Shown: positions 63,101 to 64,000 of the stretch, piece by piece | Layout: the number at the start of each line of letters is the position of its first letter | Numbering within the stretch: the first letter of the stretch is position 1 | Assembly: GCF_032062105.1 (NCBI RefSeq) | Contig: NW_026922705.1 | Coordinates: 62,001-126,000, forward strand | Origin: Saccostrea cucullata | Taxonomy: Eukaryota | Reading direction: 5' to 3' | Length of the DNA stretch: 64,000 nucleotides | Notes under the pieces: model-generated | What the model saw: the letters and a program-made list of their open reading frames with translations, nothing else | Database searches by the model: none | Told to the model about the DNA's origin: nothing | Position numbers and translations under genes: made by a program

Positions 63101-63946
63101 ATTTGTAACTCTCCACCGGCAAGTAGTTGTTTCCCCATATGAGTTGAAAATTCTCGAGATGGATGTTAACCAATATACAATAAATCATTAAATATATCCA
63201 TGCAGACTGTGGCTTAAATATGAATACCGATTCTGTAATTTTAATGCTTCTATATTTAAGGCTCATATATTTTTAAAGAACAGTCCATTGTTTGTGCGCT
63301 GGGTTGGTGGCGGATTTTTCCGTTGTTTCCCGATCATGACAGGGTCCACACGGCGGGTGTGACCGGTCAGCAGGGGATACTCACTCCTCCATGGCACCTG
63401 GTCCCACCTCTGATGTTTCGAAGGTCCTTGATTGCTCTGCTATTTTGTATTGTTTTATGAACTTTGATATTGAAAAATGTTCCTTATCTTTATATCCTCC
63501 ATACAGAAAATGATAAAAATACTTAGTTACATGTATTGTTGTGAAGTAAAATACCAAATTCATGCTAATTCATATAAGTTCTCAAACAACAAAAAGGAAA
63601 AACTAGGAATCTGAAGAAGTATTGAACTCAGTTTATTATATATTTAAAGTAAAAATTAATTTGAGAGAGATAGAAGGAGAGAACTAGAAAGAGTAGGTTA
63701 AGATTGAGTAAAAAAAGACAGAGACGAGGAGAATGAACTTATATTATTATAAACCTAAGAGTAAATTTTATTTTGAGAGAGAGGGAGAGAGAGAGAGAGA
63801 TCTTACTGTCCACCCTCCTCCGTCAGTCTCCATATCACAGTAAACTGTGACGTAGCTTCCGTTGCCAAATGGATCTATATAAAATTCCCCAGACTGCTTG
63901 TGTCCGGCAAAAAAGATATTCCGACAGTCAGAATTTATTTTTAAGC
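60195..63946 (-). CDS. Second fibrinogen-domain (FReD/ficolin-like) paralog, exons 2-5 (exon 1 beyond the window end)
   Basis: Exons 63946-63807, 62813-62717, 62475-62308 and 60478-60195. Lengths (140/97/168) and phases match gene 1. Motifs [36 protein letters not shown]. Open frame. Confidence 0.9.
60890..62132 (-). mobile_element. Non-autonomous Helentron/DINE-like element in FReD2 intron 4
   Basis: Termini aactagaggtcttccg and aaggtcttccgtgaagacagaagaccttaat (subTIR + hairpin). Absent from the homologous intron of gene 1. Confidence 0.65.
62897..63190 (+). mobile_element. tRNA-derived V-like SINE (full length, diverged) in FReD2 intron 2
   Basis: Homologous to 51952-52152. Ends gaaaattctcgagatggatgttaaccaatatacaataaatca. 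Confidence 0.8.
63290..63500 (+). mobile_element. Penelope-like family 3' terminal repeat
   Basis: cggcgggtgtgaccggtcagcaggggatactcactcctccatggcacctggtcccacctctgatgtttcgaaggtcc, the reverse complement of 33520-33700. Confidence 0.65.
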
Positions 63947-64000
63947 CTGAATATAAATTAAAAAATAATTACTGATATTGTATCAATGAATACACAAACA

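Overview
AT-rich eukaryotic (animal) genomic DNA, most likely an oyster or related bivalve. This is inferred from Cg170-like satellite-bearing non-autonomous Helentrons, V-domain tRNA-SINEs, an intron-containing DD36E Tc1-like element and tandem fibrinogen-domain genes. Host genes: two paralogous minus-strand 5-exon fibrinogen-related (FReD/ficolin-like) genes, at 33043-30321 (complete, 292 aa) and >63946-60195 (exon 1 outside the window). They lie in an old tandem segmental duplication. The first gene carries extra tandem copies of its terminal ligand-binding exon. Most of the rest is mobile DNA: (i) an apparently intact 341-aa DD36E Tc1-like transposase split by three phase-0 spliceosomal introns (5346-1853), with a (GGATA)n-containing terminal repeat and a convergent BEN-domain-like ORF fragment; (ii) a recently disabled autonomous Helentron (49272-~42270) encoding herpes-tegument-like deubiquitinase + 38-aa repeats + Zn finger + HUH Rep + PIF1 helicase + AP-type endonuclease; (iii) many non-autonomous Helentrons (HINEs) carrying 146-, 156-, 166- and ~170-bp satellite arrays; (iv) MITEs (TA, TTAA and 9-bp TSD types), SINEs and decayed Tc1, THAP, Penelope-like and Gypsy fragments. 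There is an assembly gap at 57491-57623. All calls are by eye, without database searches.
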